Origin: Lentisphaerae bacterium GWF2_50_93
GTDB taxonomy: Bacteria; Verrucomicrobiota; Lentisphaeria; Victivallales; GWF2-50-93
Direction of reading: 5' to 3'
NCBI GenBank assembly: GCA_001804815.1
Contig: MHBI01000087.1
Span: 9,558 to 73,557 of the forward strand
Length of the DNA stretch: 64,000 nucleotides
Within the stretch, counting starts at the first letter, position 1. Every line of letters begins with the position of its first letter. The translations under genes were made by a program, and so were the position numbers. Positions 7,737 through 16,484 of this stretch are shown here, one piece after another. The notes under the pieces are model-generated. The model ran no database searches and was not told where the DNA came from. It was given only the letters and a program-made list of their open reading frames with translations.

Positions 7737-10244
7737 TTATTCATCTGGATCCTTCTCGAATTTCACCCCTTCGTTAATCTTGGACTTGCCTTTCGCATCT
7801 GTCTTTCCGCCTATTATTGTGTTCTTTATGGTCGTACCTCCGGTTATGCCGGCATTGTCGGCCTTGACTCCGGAATTCACCGTGGACCCGCTTTCGGCAT
7901 TTATCTTCTTCCCGATGACTTCATTGGTTATGGTGGAGTCCTCTACTGTCGCATTGTTCACGCTCACCCCGACATTGACTTTCGATTGGTCCTTTGCTTC
8001 GATCTCGGCGTTGACAGTATTGGTTATGGTAGAGTCCTTGATTTCAGCGCCCTGCGCGTTTATTCCGGTGTTGATCTCTGATTTGCTGGTGGCTGTAGCT
8101 GTGCCGCTGACAGTGTTTGTGAGCGTTGAATCAGTCACATTCGCCTTCCCAGTGCCGGTGCCGAACTTGGGCAGTCCAGGCACACTGTGGGGCGAAAAGA
8201 CGCCTACATAGATTTTTCCGCCGTTCTTCAAGTTCTGCAGTATCTTCTGCCAGGCCTGCTCAGGCGTCATCCCGTCGGCCAGCTGGTGCCCCTTGGCGAT
8301 TGCGTCAAGGAACTGCCGTCTTATCTCATCCAGCATCGGACCTTCAGCCGCCGCGTCTCCGCCGAACCATCTGTTGTAGAATGCATCCTGTACCGGCTTG
8401 TCGACCACTTTGTCCAGCCCTGTACGGTATAGGAATTCACGGGTCAGATCCCTGGCGGTCATATATACGGCAATCCCTGTCGCAACAGTCGGCCCGAGCA
8501 CCGCTCCTATCACCGCGAATTCCAGCATCCCATAGGCCAGCCCGTACCCCATTTCCCCCACGCGCACGGCGACGCCATATCCATCAATGTTGCCTGCGAT
8601 GTAATCGCTCGTTATGTCAATTGCCTGGAGGCCGATCATGAGATAGCCGGCGTACTTCAGCGTGCCATGAAGCTTTTCAGTGGAGCCGGCAGGGGCCGCT
8701 TGAACCCCGCGCCCTTTCAGGAAATTCTGGACCTTGCCATCAACAAACTCACCGACCTTGGAGACTTCGGCATATGTACTTTTCGCCTTGTCAATGTAGC
8801 CGGGTTCCGGAGGAGGGGGCGGCGGTGGAAGTTTCGCCATCTCTCCAGTGACACCCTGCACGAACTTCTCGCCGTTCCTTACCGCAAGCTCATTGATTAT
8901 TTCAGACTGCTGTTTCGGCGGCAGTCCGTTTATGGCTTCGGCTATCGCCTGCTGGTATTTGCCAGCTTCGGCAGGATTCTGCGCTGCGCCCTGCGCGCTG
9001 GCATTCACGAACTCCTTGACGGATGTCTCAAATATCTTCTGGCTGTTTTCCGCTACGTTCGCCGCAGGCTTCTCGAACTCTCCAGCCTCGCGTTTCGCAG
9101 CCGTATTCACTTGGTTCATGATTTCAGTATTAAGGGATTCCGGCTTCGGGATGTTGAGCTTCTCGCAGAGCTCGGTGGTCGTAGTGTTGACTCGCTCGAT
9201 CATCTTTGCGAACTTCGCACGCTCGATGTTCATCTTGCCTTCGGTGTCGGCGACAATGTTCGAATTCTTCGTCCACAGATCGTTCTTCAGCTTGTTCAGC
9301 ATCTCCGAATCGGCCCTGAAGGACTTCTGGTAGTCCTGCGCCATGTTCGAGCATTCCTTCACATACTCGGCGAGATTGTGCGCTGTCAGTTGGTTCTGGG
9401 GATTGTTCTTGAAGCTGTTGAAATCGGCGTTCGCCTTTTCGTATGCGTTCTTCAGTTCTGCCAGCTCATCGCCCGTCCTGCCTTCGCCCTTCGCCTTCTC
9501 ATAATTGGTTTTTGCTTCGCTGGCATTGTCCGAAAGCTGCTTGTTCCCCCTCTTGACGAACTCGACATTCGCGGCCTCCTGGCTCTGGTAGACGTGCATC
9601 CCGGCCTCTTTCGCGAACGCCTGGAACTTCGACCATTCCTCCTTGCTCATGCTCTTCGCGTCCGGCATGAAATCTATGTCGAGCTTCTTCGCCCAGTTCG
9701 AACTGCCCCATTCGGCGGCTCCGTTGTTCTTGAAATATTCGTTCGCATTCCTGTTGAAGGTGTCTATCTGGAGCTTGATCTTCTCCATCGTCATCGGCGA
9801 ACCGTCGGGATTCCTCACCAGGAAGTCGGAATCCGTTCCCACCCTTATCCTGCTGCCAGTCTGGATTTCCGCCTTCAACCCTGTCTCGGCGCAGGTCTTG
9901 GCGTTTATCTCGCTCACCCATTTCGTGTATGCCTCCTGGTTCTTCACGTAGCTGTCAAACTCGATCTTGCCCGAACCGGATCGAGAATTCAGGATATCAT
10001 TATTCTTGAAGGAAATCGCCTCCTGCTTTGCCGTAGGTTTGTCGCCGGCAACTCCTTGGAACGCATTTTCGATCTCCGCCTTGTTGCCGGCATAGGTGGG
10101 CACAGTGTCGATCACTACGGGATATGTTACCGGACGGTTGTCGTCGTCGGCAGAATGGAGGCTCGTAACAAGGGAGGATGAAAGCGTGAGCGCCAGGCCC
10201 GCATGAAGCCCTGTCAGCATCAGTTTTTTAAGCAGTTCCTGCAT
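7737..10244 (-). CDS. 835-aa mosaic envelope protein carrying the same 33-aa repeats at its C-terminus
   Basis: Parts in order are a signal-like N-terminus and a long K/E/A/N-rich region. Then come LPPPPPPPEPGY (about nt 8806-8835) and a Gly-rich hydrophobic stretch GYGLAYGMLEFAVIGAVLGPTVATGIAVYM. The C-terminal repeats are SEINTGINAQGAEIKDSTITN..., SKVNVGVSVNNATVEDSTITN... and STVNSGVKADNAGITGGTTIKN... (nt 7740-8160). Confidence 0.75.
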   Translation of the reverse strand: MQELLKKLMLTGLHAGLALTLSSSLVTSLHSADDDNRPVTYPVVIDTVPTYAGNKAEIENAFQGVAGDKPTAKQEAISFKNNDILNSRSGSGKIEFDSYVKNQEAYTKWVSEINAKTCAETGLKAEIQTGSRIRVGTDSDFLVRNPDGSPMTMEKIKLQIDTFNRNANEYFKNNGAAEWGSSNWAKKLDIDFMPDAKSMSKEEWSKFQAFAKEAGMHVYQSQEAANVEFVKRGNKQLSDNASEAKTNYEKAKGEGRTGDELAELKNAYEKANADFNSFKNNPQNQLTAHNLAEYVKECSNMAQDYQKSFRADSEMLNKLKNDLWTKNSNIVADTEGKMNIERAKFAKMIERVNTTTTELCEKLNIPKPESLNTEIMNQVNTAAKREAGEFEKPAANVAENSQKIFETSVKEFVNASAQGAAQNPAEAGKYQQAIAEAINGLPPKQQSEIINELAVRNGEKFVQGVTGEMAKLPPPPPPPEPGYIDKAKSTYAEVSKVGEFVDGKVQNFLKGRGVQAAPAGSTEKLHGTLKYAGYLMIGLQAIDITSDYIAGNIDGYGVAVRVGEMGYGLAYGMLEFAVIGAVLGPTVATGIAVYMTARDLTREFLYRTGLDKVVDKPVQDAFYNRWFGGDAAAEGPMLDEIRRQFLDAIAKGHQLADGMTPEQAWQKILQNLKNGGKIYVGVFSPHSVPGLPKFGTGTGKANVTDSTLTNTVSGTATATSKSEINTGINAQGAEIKDSTITNTVNAEIEAKDQSKVNVGVSVNNATVEDSTITNEVIGKKINAESGSTVNSGVKADNAGITGGTTIKNTIIGGKTDAKGKSKINEGVKFEKDPDE

Positions 10245-10253
10245 TCATTTCCC

Positions 10254-13200
10254 CTAGAAACGTTTTGTGATCCTGTCAAATGGATTCGCGTTCAGCATCG
10301 ACAGTGGATTATAGCTCTTGAGTGTCCTTTCCTCCGGAGCAGGCGCCTTGACAGCCATGATTCTTGCCGCCTTCGTCAGGTATGCGCTGCCATCGGCAAA
10401 TGTTATCCGCCCGTTCAGGAACTGGAGATTTCCGCAGTATCCCATGGCGATGCGCATCTTGTCCTCCCCCTTCGGCAGGCCTGTGATCTCGAACTGGCGG
10501 GACAATGCGATCGCGCCTTTTTCATCAGCAAGATGCGTCACGGTCCCTGAAGGATCCGAAAGAGGATATTCAATTTTACCGTCGGCCCTGATCACTGCAA
10601 GACATTCGCCGGTCAGAGGAGAATTCACGTATTTCACAGTCTCCTTCTTGTCCGATGAGACAGCCGCACAGAGATAACCGAGGGCGTAGAAGTACCTTGT
10701 CGAAATATTCCCATCCTTTGAGAAGGCGAGTCGTCCGAGATTGTCATATCCGAATGCGAGAAGCTCCTTGCCGTTGGAGAGGACCGACTCGAGCCTGTTG
10801 TCGCGGTCGTATTTGAAGTTCAGGACTTCGGTTCCTGTTTTCGCCGATGTTATCCTGGCATAGTCGTCGCAGGCATACTCGAAACTGTCTGAGAATTTCA
10901 CAGGTCCTTTCGCCTTGAATTCCGCCTTGAGGTCCCCGTAGCGCAGCAGATTCCCCCACTTGTCATATTCTACCTTCAGTTCTCCCGCCTTCTCGGCTTT
11001 TATTCCCGAAAGCTGGGCGAGGGGATCGTATTTCATGGATGTCCTGCCGTCCTTGGAACTTGTGATCTCATCTATGTTTCCGACGGAGTCATATTTGTAT
11101 GAGAGCGAGAAGCTGTCCTTTTCATCCGGGAAGATGTTGGACTGCTTCGCAAGCCTGCCCATGTCGTCGTATTCCCATTTCGTCTTGACGCCGTTCGGAC
11201 GCGAGAGCAGGGCGGGCATGCCGATGGCATTGTATTTGAACGTGAATTTGCCAGCCCTGGAACTTGTTATTTCCAGAGGCCTGTCAGCGGAATCATACAC
11301 GTAGTCCGTAATGTCCTTGTCCGAATCCCGTATTCCGCATATGACGCCACGGCTGTTATAGGAATAGATCATCCCATAGCCGGAGTTCAGTTCCTTGACC
11401 GACGCCTGACGCCCGAGATTGTCGCAGCTGAAATCGTATTTCACTCCGGCGTTTGCGAAGTTCGCAAGATTTCCCGCCTTGTCGTAGTTGTAGACGGCGA
11501 ACGCCTGCCCCTTTTCATCCGTTGTCGCGTAGAGACGTTTTTTTCCGTCGTAGCAGAAGTTGGTCATAAGCGAATCAGGCGATACGCGCACAATGTACTT
11601 CCCGTCGTCTACGCTCCTGAAATCCCATCTTCCCGAAAGCTTGCTGCTGAGATATGATTTGGAACTGTCGTATGAATTGAAATATTCCTGCAGGTCGAAC
11701 CCGGGCGATTCGACCGAGGAAGCCATCCCGTCTTTCCCATAGTTGTACCGTATCTCCTTCTCCATCGGGAAAAGTGTTTTGACCGGACGTCCGCCCGCAT
11801 CAAAACAATATTGCTTCTTCGTCCCGTCGGGCGCGATCACTATTATGGAACTGTCCTTGTCGTCATACTTATATGAGGTCTTGTCGCCTACGGCATTTGT
11901 TATCGAGAGCAGACGCCCCCTGCCATCATATTTCAATGATGCTATGACCTTGTCGGAAGGCGATATGATCTCCTTGAGGAGTCCCGCCTTGTCATACTTG
12001 AAGCTCGCAAGCGTGCTTCCGCCCGAAATCAATTCGAGCACATTGCCGCTGCTGTCCTTCAGAACGCCGTTGGACTTGAATTCCCCGGCCGTCTTGGAAA
12101 TGAACCTCGACGCCGCGGTCTTCTCCCTGAAGAGTTCTTCGCCGGCCTCGTTCCTCATCACCACTTCGTCGGGAGTGATGGTCATTATCATCGGTATCGA
12201 GCCTTTTATCAGCGAACGGAATTCCGTGCTGTCGTCAGGCTTCCTCGTGATCGCATACGTGCTGCCGTCGGCTGTCCTGTAACCGCCAGTTCCTTTTTCC
12301 CTGTCTATGAGGAAGGTTGCTTCCGGAGGCGCATAGATTCTGCTTTCGAGGATGGTAAGCGTCTTCGGGTTCGTCCTGTATTCGGTCTCCCTTTCAGTCC
12401 GAGTATTCCAGACCTTGACCGTCTCCTCTCCGTCCTTTCCTGCGGCATATTTGAAATACTGCGCTTCTCCTGTGGAGTTTTCCAGGGATGCCGCGCGTCC
12501 TTCCTCGTCATAAGTGATGCTGAAAGTATTTCCAGGCTCTGCGAATTTCGCAATCCGCGCCTTGTCGTCATAGGCGAAACTCCATTTCTGTCCACTGCTT
12601 GAGACGATGCCCCTGAGTCTTCCATTTTCGTACGAGAACCGCAGTTCTCCTTTCTTTCCGCTGGAAATCGAATCGACCAACCCTTCCTTGTTCCACCCGA
12701 TCTTCCCGTTTTCAGAGGCTCCGGAATTCATCCCGAGATTGTCGTCGAACGATACGTCGACCGCCTTGTCGGACTTTAAATTCCATCCATTGATGCGGCC
12801 TTTGTCGTCGAATGAGAAGACGCATGAATCGCCTGATTTGTCCTGTACGGATTTCAGTACGCCATCCTTTGAGAAATGGAGCTTTATACCCTCTGATGTC
12901 AGATAGAATTCATCTTCCAGCCTGTCAAGGGTTCCAGTTGTCCCGGGGATGGGCTTGTAGGTCCCGTCAGGCGACTGCAGGAAGGAGAACTTCCTGGAGA
13001 AGGCGGAAACCAGGACGGCCTGTGCGTCAGGATTTGTTTTGAGGTACGCATCGAGCGAGAATATCCAGCCCGTACCAGGCGAGCCTGTTGTCTTGGCGGT
13101 CAAGGGCGAGTTGATGCATTGCAGCTTGTAGCCGGAGATATTGCCAAGCTCGCACTGGATCACGACACCCTGTGCCGGCTCAAATGAGGCGCCTGCGTAA

Positions 13201-13271
13201 GTGGTGGCGGAGAGGATGAATGAAAGCAGGGCAATGCCGAAGAAACATTGCAATGAAATGTCCCTTTTCAT
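10254..13271 (-). CDS. RHS/YD-repeat protein with signal peptide and no recognisable C-terminal toxin
   Basis: More than 20 YD repeats, for example FSFDDKGRINGW, ITYDEEGRAASL, LKYDGRGRLLSI, WEYDDMGRLAKQ and FGYDNLGRLAFS. I prefer ATG 13271 (GAGGGG upstream, MKRDISLQCFFGIALLSF...) over the TTG at 13310 given in the ORF track. Confidence 0.85.
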   Translation of the reverse strand: MKRDISLQCFFGIALLSFILSATTYAGASFEPAQGVVIQCELGNISGYKLQCINSPLTAKTTGSPGTGWIFSLDAYLKTNPDAQAVLVSAFSRKFSFLQSPDGTYKPIPGTTGTLDRLEDEFYLTSEGIKLHFSKDGVLKSVQDKSGDSCVFSFDDKGRINGWNLKSDKAVDVSFDDNLGMNSGASENGKIGWNKEGLVDSISSGKKGELRFSYENGRLRGIVSSSGQKWSFAYDDKARIAKFAEPGNTFSITYDEEGRAASLENSTGEAQYFKYAAGKDGEETVKVWNTRTERETEYRTNPKTLTILESRIYAPPEATFLIDREKGTGGYRTADGSTYAITRKPDDSTEFRSLIKGSIPMIMTITPDEVVMRNEAGEELFREKTAASRFISKTAGEFKSNGVLKDSSGNVLELISGGSTLASFKYDKAGLLKEIISPSDKVIASLKYDGRGRLLSITNAVGDKTSYKYDDKDSSIIVIAPDGTKKQYCFDAGGRPVKTLFPMEKEIRYNYGKDGMASSVESPGFDLQEYFNSYDSSKSYLSSKLSGRWDFRSVDDGKYIVRVSPDSLMTNFCYDGKKRLYATTDEKGQAFAVYNYDKAGNLANFANAGVKYDFSCDNLGRQASVKELNSGYGMIYSYNSRGVICGIRDSDKDITDYVYDSADRPLEITSSRAGKFTFKYNAIGMPALLSRPNGVKTKWEYDDMGRLAKQSNIFPDEKDSFSLSYKYDSVGNIDEITSSKDGRTSMKYDPLAQLSGIKAEKAGELKVEYDKWGNLLRYGDLKAEFKAKGPVKFSDSFEYACDDYARITSAKTGTEVLNFKYDRDNRLESVLSNGKELLAFGYDNLGRLAFSKDGNISTRYFYALGYLCAAVSSDKKETVKYVNSPLTGECLAVIRADGKIEYPLSDPSGTVTHLADEKGAIALSRQFEITGLPKGEDKMRIAMGYCGNLQFLNGRITFADGSAYLTKAARIMAVKAPAPEERTLKSYNPLSMLNANPFDRITKRF

Positions 13272-13346
13272 CTGCTTGATACCCCCCTCGAATGTTACGT
13301 TAAATTTCAAATCCCAAAGAGCTACGTGTCAGTTTTTATTTCTAAA

Positions 13347-13428
13347 GGTAGGGACGCCTTAAAGTTTATCCCGATCCTGTAAGGCATCGGGAAGGCGTCC
13401 GCGGCGCTCTCGGCGAGAGCGCCCTACC
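13347..13428 (-). other. Y-shaped (three-way-junction-like) structured intergenic element
   Basis: The outer stem ggtaggg/ccctacc encloses two branches. One is ggacgcc...[cccgat..atcggg]...ggcgtcc. The other is ggcgctctc-ggc-gagagcgcc. It lies between the CsgG-like stop and the RHS start. Strand is assigned from the flanking transcription direction. Confidence 0.4.
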
Positions 13429-13444
13429 TGTTCTTTTCTTTCCC

Positions 13445-14803
13445 TTAGAATTCATTTACCGGACCGAGTCCCATTGGTTTTTCCTTCGAATCGCCTGTTG
13501 CAGCCGGAGCCTTTGGTTTGGGTTGAACGGCCGCAGGCAGGGGCTGCGGCTGCGGTTGAGCTTGCGGCTGGGGCTGTACTGCCCTTTGTGCCTCTGCCGC
13601 CTTTTTCTGCGCCTCTATCAGCTGCGCCTTCCTCTGGGCTTCGGCCAGTTCCTGGCGTTTTAACTCGACGACTTTCTTGTTGTCCCTGATACGTTTCCTG
13701 GCCTCATCAAGCGGTACGGTCATCCAGAGTTTCATGAAGAGATCGCCCTTGTTCGCGACTGCCTGCTGCTTCATGACTTCGTTGAGGGACTGTTTTTCAG
13801 TTTCATTGAAAAAGCCCTTTGAACGGTCGAAGTTGTCATATCCATGCAGGAAGAGATATTCCTTCAGGTACGCACCCTGGTTGGCTTCCTGCAGATCGGT
13901 GAATTCCTCGAGCAGCCTTGTGCACATCGCCTGGTCGGGCTGTGCGCCTTCGAGGCAGCGCCAGTACGGAACTTCAAAATATTTCCCCAGGACTTCAAGA
14001 ACGCTCAGTTCGACAAGCATCCTGAGCGCTGAATAAATGCCCTGCTGCTTCTTCAGTGAATAGTCGAACGAGAGCCCGCATCCCTGGAAGTATGCCCCGA
14101 TGCTCCATCCGAGGTTTGTCTTGCGGATGTTGATCGTGTTCGAAACCTGGATGCCGGAAAGCGCCGCCTGTGTCTTGTAGTCCAGCAGATTCAGGTCGAG
14201 CGTCATGCGTGAGAGATTCGACCCGGCCTTGTATCCGGCCCCGCCGTCGGCATTGTATTTCGAACCCCAGTCGCCTTTCTGTACCTGCCCTTCCATCTTG
14301 AGGTCCCTTCCCTTTTCAATCAGATCCTTTTCAAATTCGGTGATCCCGCCCGCGACCACGATGTCGGGAAGGCTCCTGTTGATGTTTCCACCGGTGGTCG
14401 ACTCGTTGATCACGTAGTTTGGATCGTACGGGATGAAGACAATGTTCCTGCCCATCTTGTTCAGGGAGGTCGCCATGATCTTCGATACGTCGTCGGGAAG
14501 CGTCTTCTCCGCGGTGTCGTTGCTGATCACCTTGCTCTGCACCTTCGTCGACGCGATGTTGTAGGCTTCCAGCATGAGCCCGAACTTCTTGAGCGATTCG
14601 TCGTACACGGTCGCCCTCTGGTTCGGAGTTCCCATGTCCTTCTCCATGTCGGTTATCTCCTCGTCGTTTATCTTGCCGCCGAACCAGTCGAGCACGCTGC
14701 ATGATGTCGTCATGAACGCGAATATCGCACCCGTGAGCAGGACGACTGCGGATTTCGCAATTGTCTTGTTTCTCTTTTCATTCATCGTTGAAATCCTTTT
14801 CAT
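13445..14803 (-). CDS. CsgG-like outer-membrane lipoprotein with coiled-coil and Pro/Gln-rich C-terminal extension
   Basis: Lipobox AFMTTSC. The core DIVVAGGITEFEKDL...MTLDLNLLDYKTQAALSGIQVSNTINIRK...ALRMLVELSVLEVLGKYF aligns by eye with E. coli CsgG (NIMVEGSIIGYESN...IAVNLRVVNVSTGE...). The tail is ...AQRKAQLIEAQKKAAEAQRAVQPQPQAQPQPQPLP. An alternative start is ATG 14785. Confidence 0.7.
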   Translation of the reverse strand: MKRISTMNEKRNKTIAKSAVVLLTGAIFAFMTTSCSVLDWFGGKINDEEITDMEKDMGTPNQRATVYDESLKKFGLMLEAYNIASTKVQSKVISNDTAEKTLPDDVSKIMATSLNKMGRNIVFIPYDPNYVINESTTGGNINRSLPDIVVAGGITEFEKDLIEKGRDLKMEGQVQKGDWGSKYNADGGAGYKAGSNLSRMTLDLNLLDYKTQAALSGIQVSNTINIRKTNLGWSIGAYFQGCGLSFDYSLKKQQGIYSALRMLVELSVLEVLGKYFEVPYWRCLEGAQPDQAMCTRLLEEFTDLQEANQGAYLKEYLFLHGYDNFDRSKGFFNETEKQSLNEVMKQQAVANKGDLFMKLWMTVPLDEARKRIRDNKKVVELKRQELAEAQRKAQLIEAQKKAAEAQRAVQPQPQAQPQPQPLPAAVQPKPKAPAATGDSKEKPMGLGPVNEF

Positions 14804-16346
14804 TTATTTTTCCTATGCCGGAAGGTTTCCTGGTTGCAAGAAGCCTGTTCAGCTCTTCAAGTTTTTTCGCCACATATTCGTCATCTGGCTTCAACGCCGC
14901 GGCCTTGTCGAATTCCAGTCTGGCCTTCTCATAGCTCCTGGAATTGAAGAACTCATTTCCAGCGGCGACAGACGCCTTGAATGTCTCCTCTGAAACCTTC
15001 TGCTTTTCAAGGAATGCCCTGATCTTCGCGGCCTGCTCGCTGGGATATTTCATGTTGGGTCCGATCTTCAGCGCGTTGCTGTACCCTTCAAGGGCCTTTT
15101 CATATTTCCCCTCTTTCACGTAGTTGTCGCCGGCCGCGATGAAATTGTCGTACTTCGCCTGCAGTTCCTTCAGTTCCTCGGCTTCCCTTGCCTTGCGTTC
15201 CGCATCCTGCTGGGCCGCCGCCTGCGCAAGTTTCTGCTGCTCTGCCGCCGCCTGCTTGAACTCGACCGCCCGGTTGCGCCTGTCCTGGATCACTATCTCC
15301 TTGGCCGTGTCTACATTCACATCCTCCCACATCTTCACCATGAGTTCCGCATTAGTTGAAACTCCATACTGCCGCATCGCCTTGCTCAGCGCCTGCTGCT
15401 CATAAGCGTTCAGGGTTTTGCTCTTCCTGTCAATCCCCTTGTAACCGTGTATGAACAGATATCTCTTCAGGATGGGGATCTGCTGGTCCGGCGTCATCTC
15501 CTTGTAGTTCTCGGTCATCCTTGCAATCATGTCGAGATCGGGATTCGCCCCCTTGATGCATTTCCAGTACGGCACATTGAAATATTTGCCCAGAACTTCG
15601 AGCAGGCTGTATTCCACGAGCATCCTGAGCGCGACATAGACTCCCTGCTGCGTCTTCACCTTTGAATCGAAGGAGCCGCCGCATCCCATGTAGTACGCGG
15701 AAACACCCCACCCAAGCTTGTCCTTCCTGACCATGAGCGCGTTTGTAGCAAGCACTCCGGGGAACGAAGACTGCGTCTTGTAGTCGAGCAGGTTCAGGTC
15801 GAGCGAGATCTGCGAGATCCCTGTGGCGACATCGTATCTCGCGGCCCCGGACGCACCCGCCCATCCGCCTTCTATTTCCCCCCTGCGTTCCTTCTCGATC
15901 ATATCCTTGTCGAATCCCGTTATCCCGCCTGTGACGACTATGTCCGGATAAATCCTGTTTATCTGTCCGCCAGTAGTGGCCTCGCTCACGATGTATTTTG
16001 CATCGTAGGGAATGAACAATACCTGTTTGCCGATCTTGTTCAGCGCGGTGGATATCATCACATATAGATCGCTCGGAAGAACTTTCTCGGCGGTCTGGTT
16101 CCCGATGTTCTTGCTCTGGACGGCAGTCTGCGGAATGTCATGCGCGGTGAGCATCGCCCCAAGATTGCGGAGCGCATCGTCGAAAGGCGTGGCCCGCTTT
16201 TCAGGCATCGTCATGCTCTCGTCGAGCTCCTTGACCTCCTCGTTGCTGATCTTGCCCTGCATCCAGTCGGTGAACGCGCAGGACGTCAGGAACAGCAGGC
16301 ACGAAAGAACCCCAGCCAGCAATGTTGTCTTAAAGATTGTTCGCAT
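14778..16346 (-). CDS. CsgG-like outer-membrane lipoprotein with coiled-coil and TPR C-terminal extension
   Basis: Lipobox LFLTSC. Paralogue of 13445-14803 (DIVVTGGITGFDKDM...ISLDLNLLDYKTQSSFPGV...ALRMLVEYSLLEVLGKYF). The C-terminus has TPR-like units (GKYEKALEGYSNALKIGPN, RSYEKARLEFDKAAALKPDD). Confidence 0.7.
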   Translation of the reverse strand: MRTIFKTTLLAGVLSCLLFLTSCAFTDWMQGKISNEEVKELDESMTMPEKRATPFDDALRNLGAMLTAHDIPQTAVQSKNIGNQTAEKVLPSDLYVMISTALNKIGKQVLFIPYDAKYIVSEATTGGQINRIYPDIVVTGGITGFDKDMIEKERRGEIEGGWAGASGAARYDVATGISQISLDLNLLDYKTQSSFPGVLATNALMVRKDKLGWGVSAYYMGCGGSFDSKVKTQQGVYVALRMLVEYSLLEVLGKYFNVPYWKCIKGANPDLDMIARMTENYKEMTPDQQIPILKRYLFIHGYKGIDRKSKTLNAYEQQALSKAMRQYGVSTNAELMVKMWEDVNVDTAKEIVIQDRRNRAVEFKQAAAEQQKLAQAAAQQDAERKAREAEELKELQAKYDNFIAAGDNYVKEGKYEKALEGYSNALKIGPNMKYPSEQAAKIRAFLEKQKVSEETFKASVAAGNEFFNSRSYEKARLEFDKAAALKPDDEYVAKKLEELNRLLATRKPSGIGKINEKDFNDE

Positions 16347-16415
16347 TGGTTTTTATTGTTAGGATAAAGATTTGTACTTTATTCCATTGCCATCCCATGG
16401 CTTTTGTGTTATCTC

Positions 16416-16479
16416 GAACTCAAACCCAATCATCCATTCATCCAGAAATCCATCCATCCGTCATCCTGTGGGATGACTC
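16416..16479 (+). repeat. ATCC/GGAT-word repeat element ending in the hairpin gtcatcc-tgtg-ggatgac (copy 1)
   Basis: Sequence is gaactcaaacccaatcatccattcatccagaaatccatccatccgtcatcctgtgggatgactc. A near-identical copy lies at 24006-24069 and an inverted copy at 55691-55752. Confidence 0.8.
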
Positions 16480-16484
16480 TGGCT

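Noticed and set aside
8667-10181. 504-aa + strand ORF
   Set aside because: It is entirely antisense to the 835-aa gene. Its composition is Arg/Leu-rich and low-complexity, and it has no RBS or motif. This is typical of an antisense frame staying open over a K/E/A/N-rich gene.
16416-16440. tRNA-like T-arm resemblance (GTTCAAACC / ACTCAAACCC) at the start of the GGAT-word repeats
   Set aside because: No complementary T-stem, acceptor stem or anticodon arm can be drawn. The motif is part of a dispersed repeat. No tRNA was found anywhere in the window by eye.
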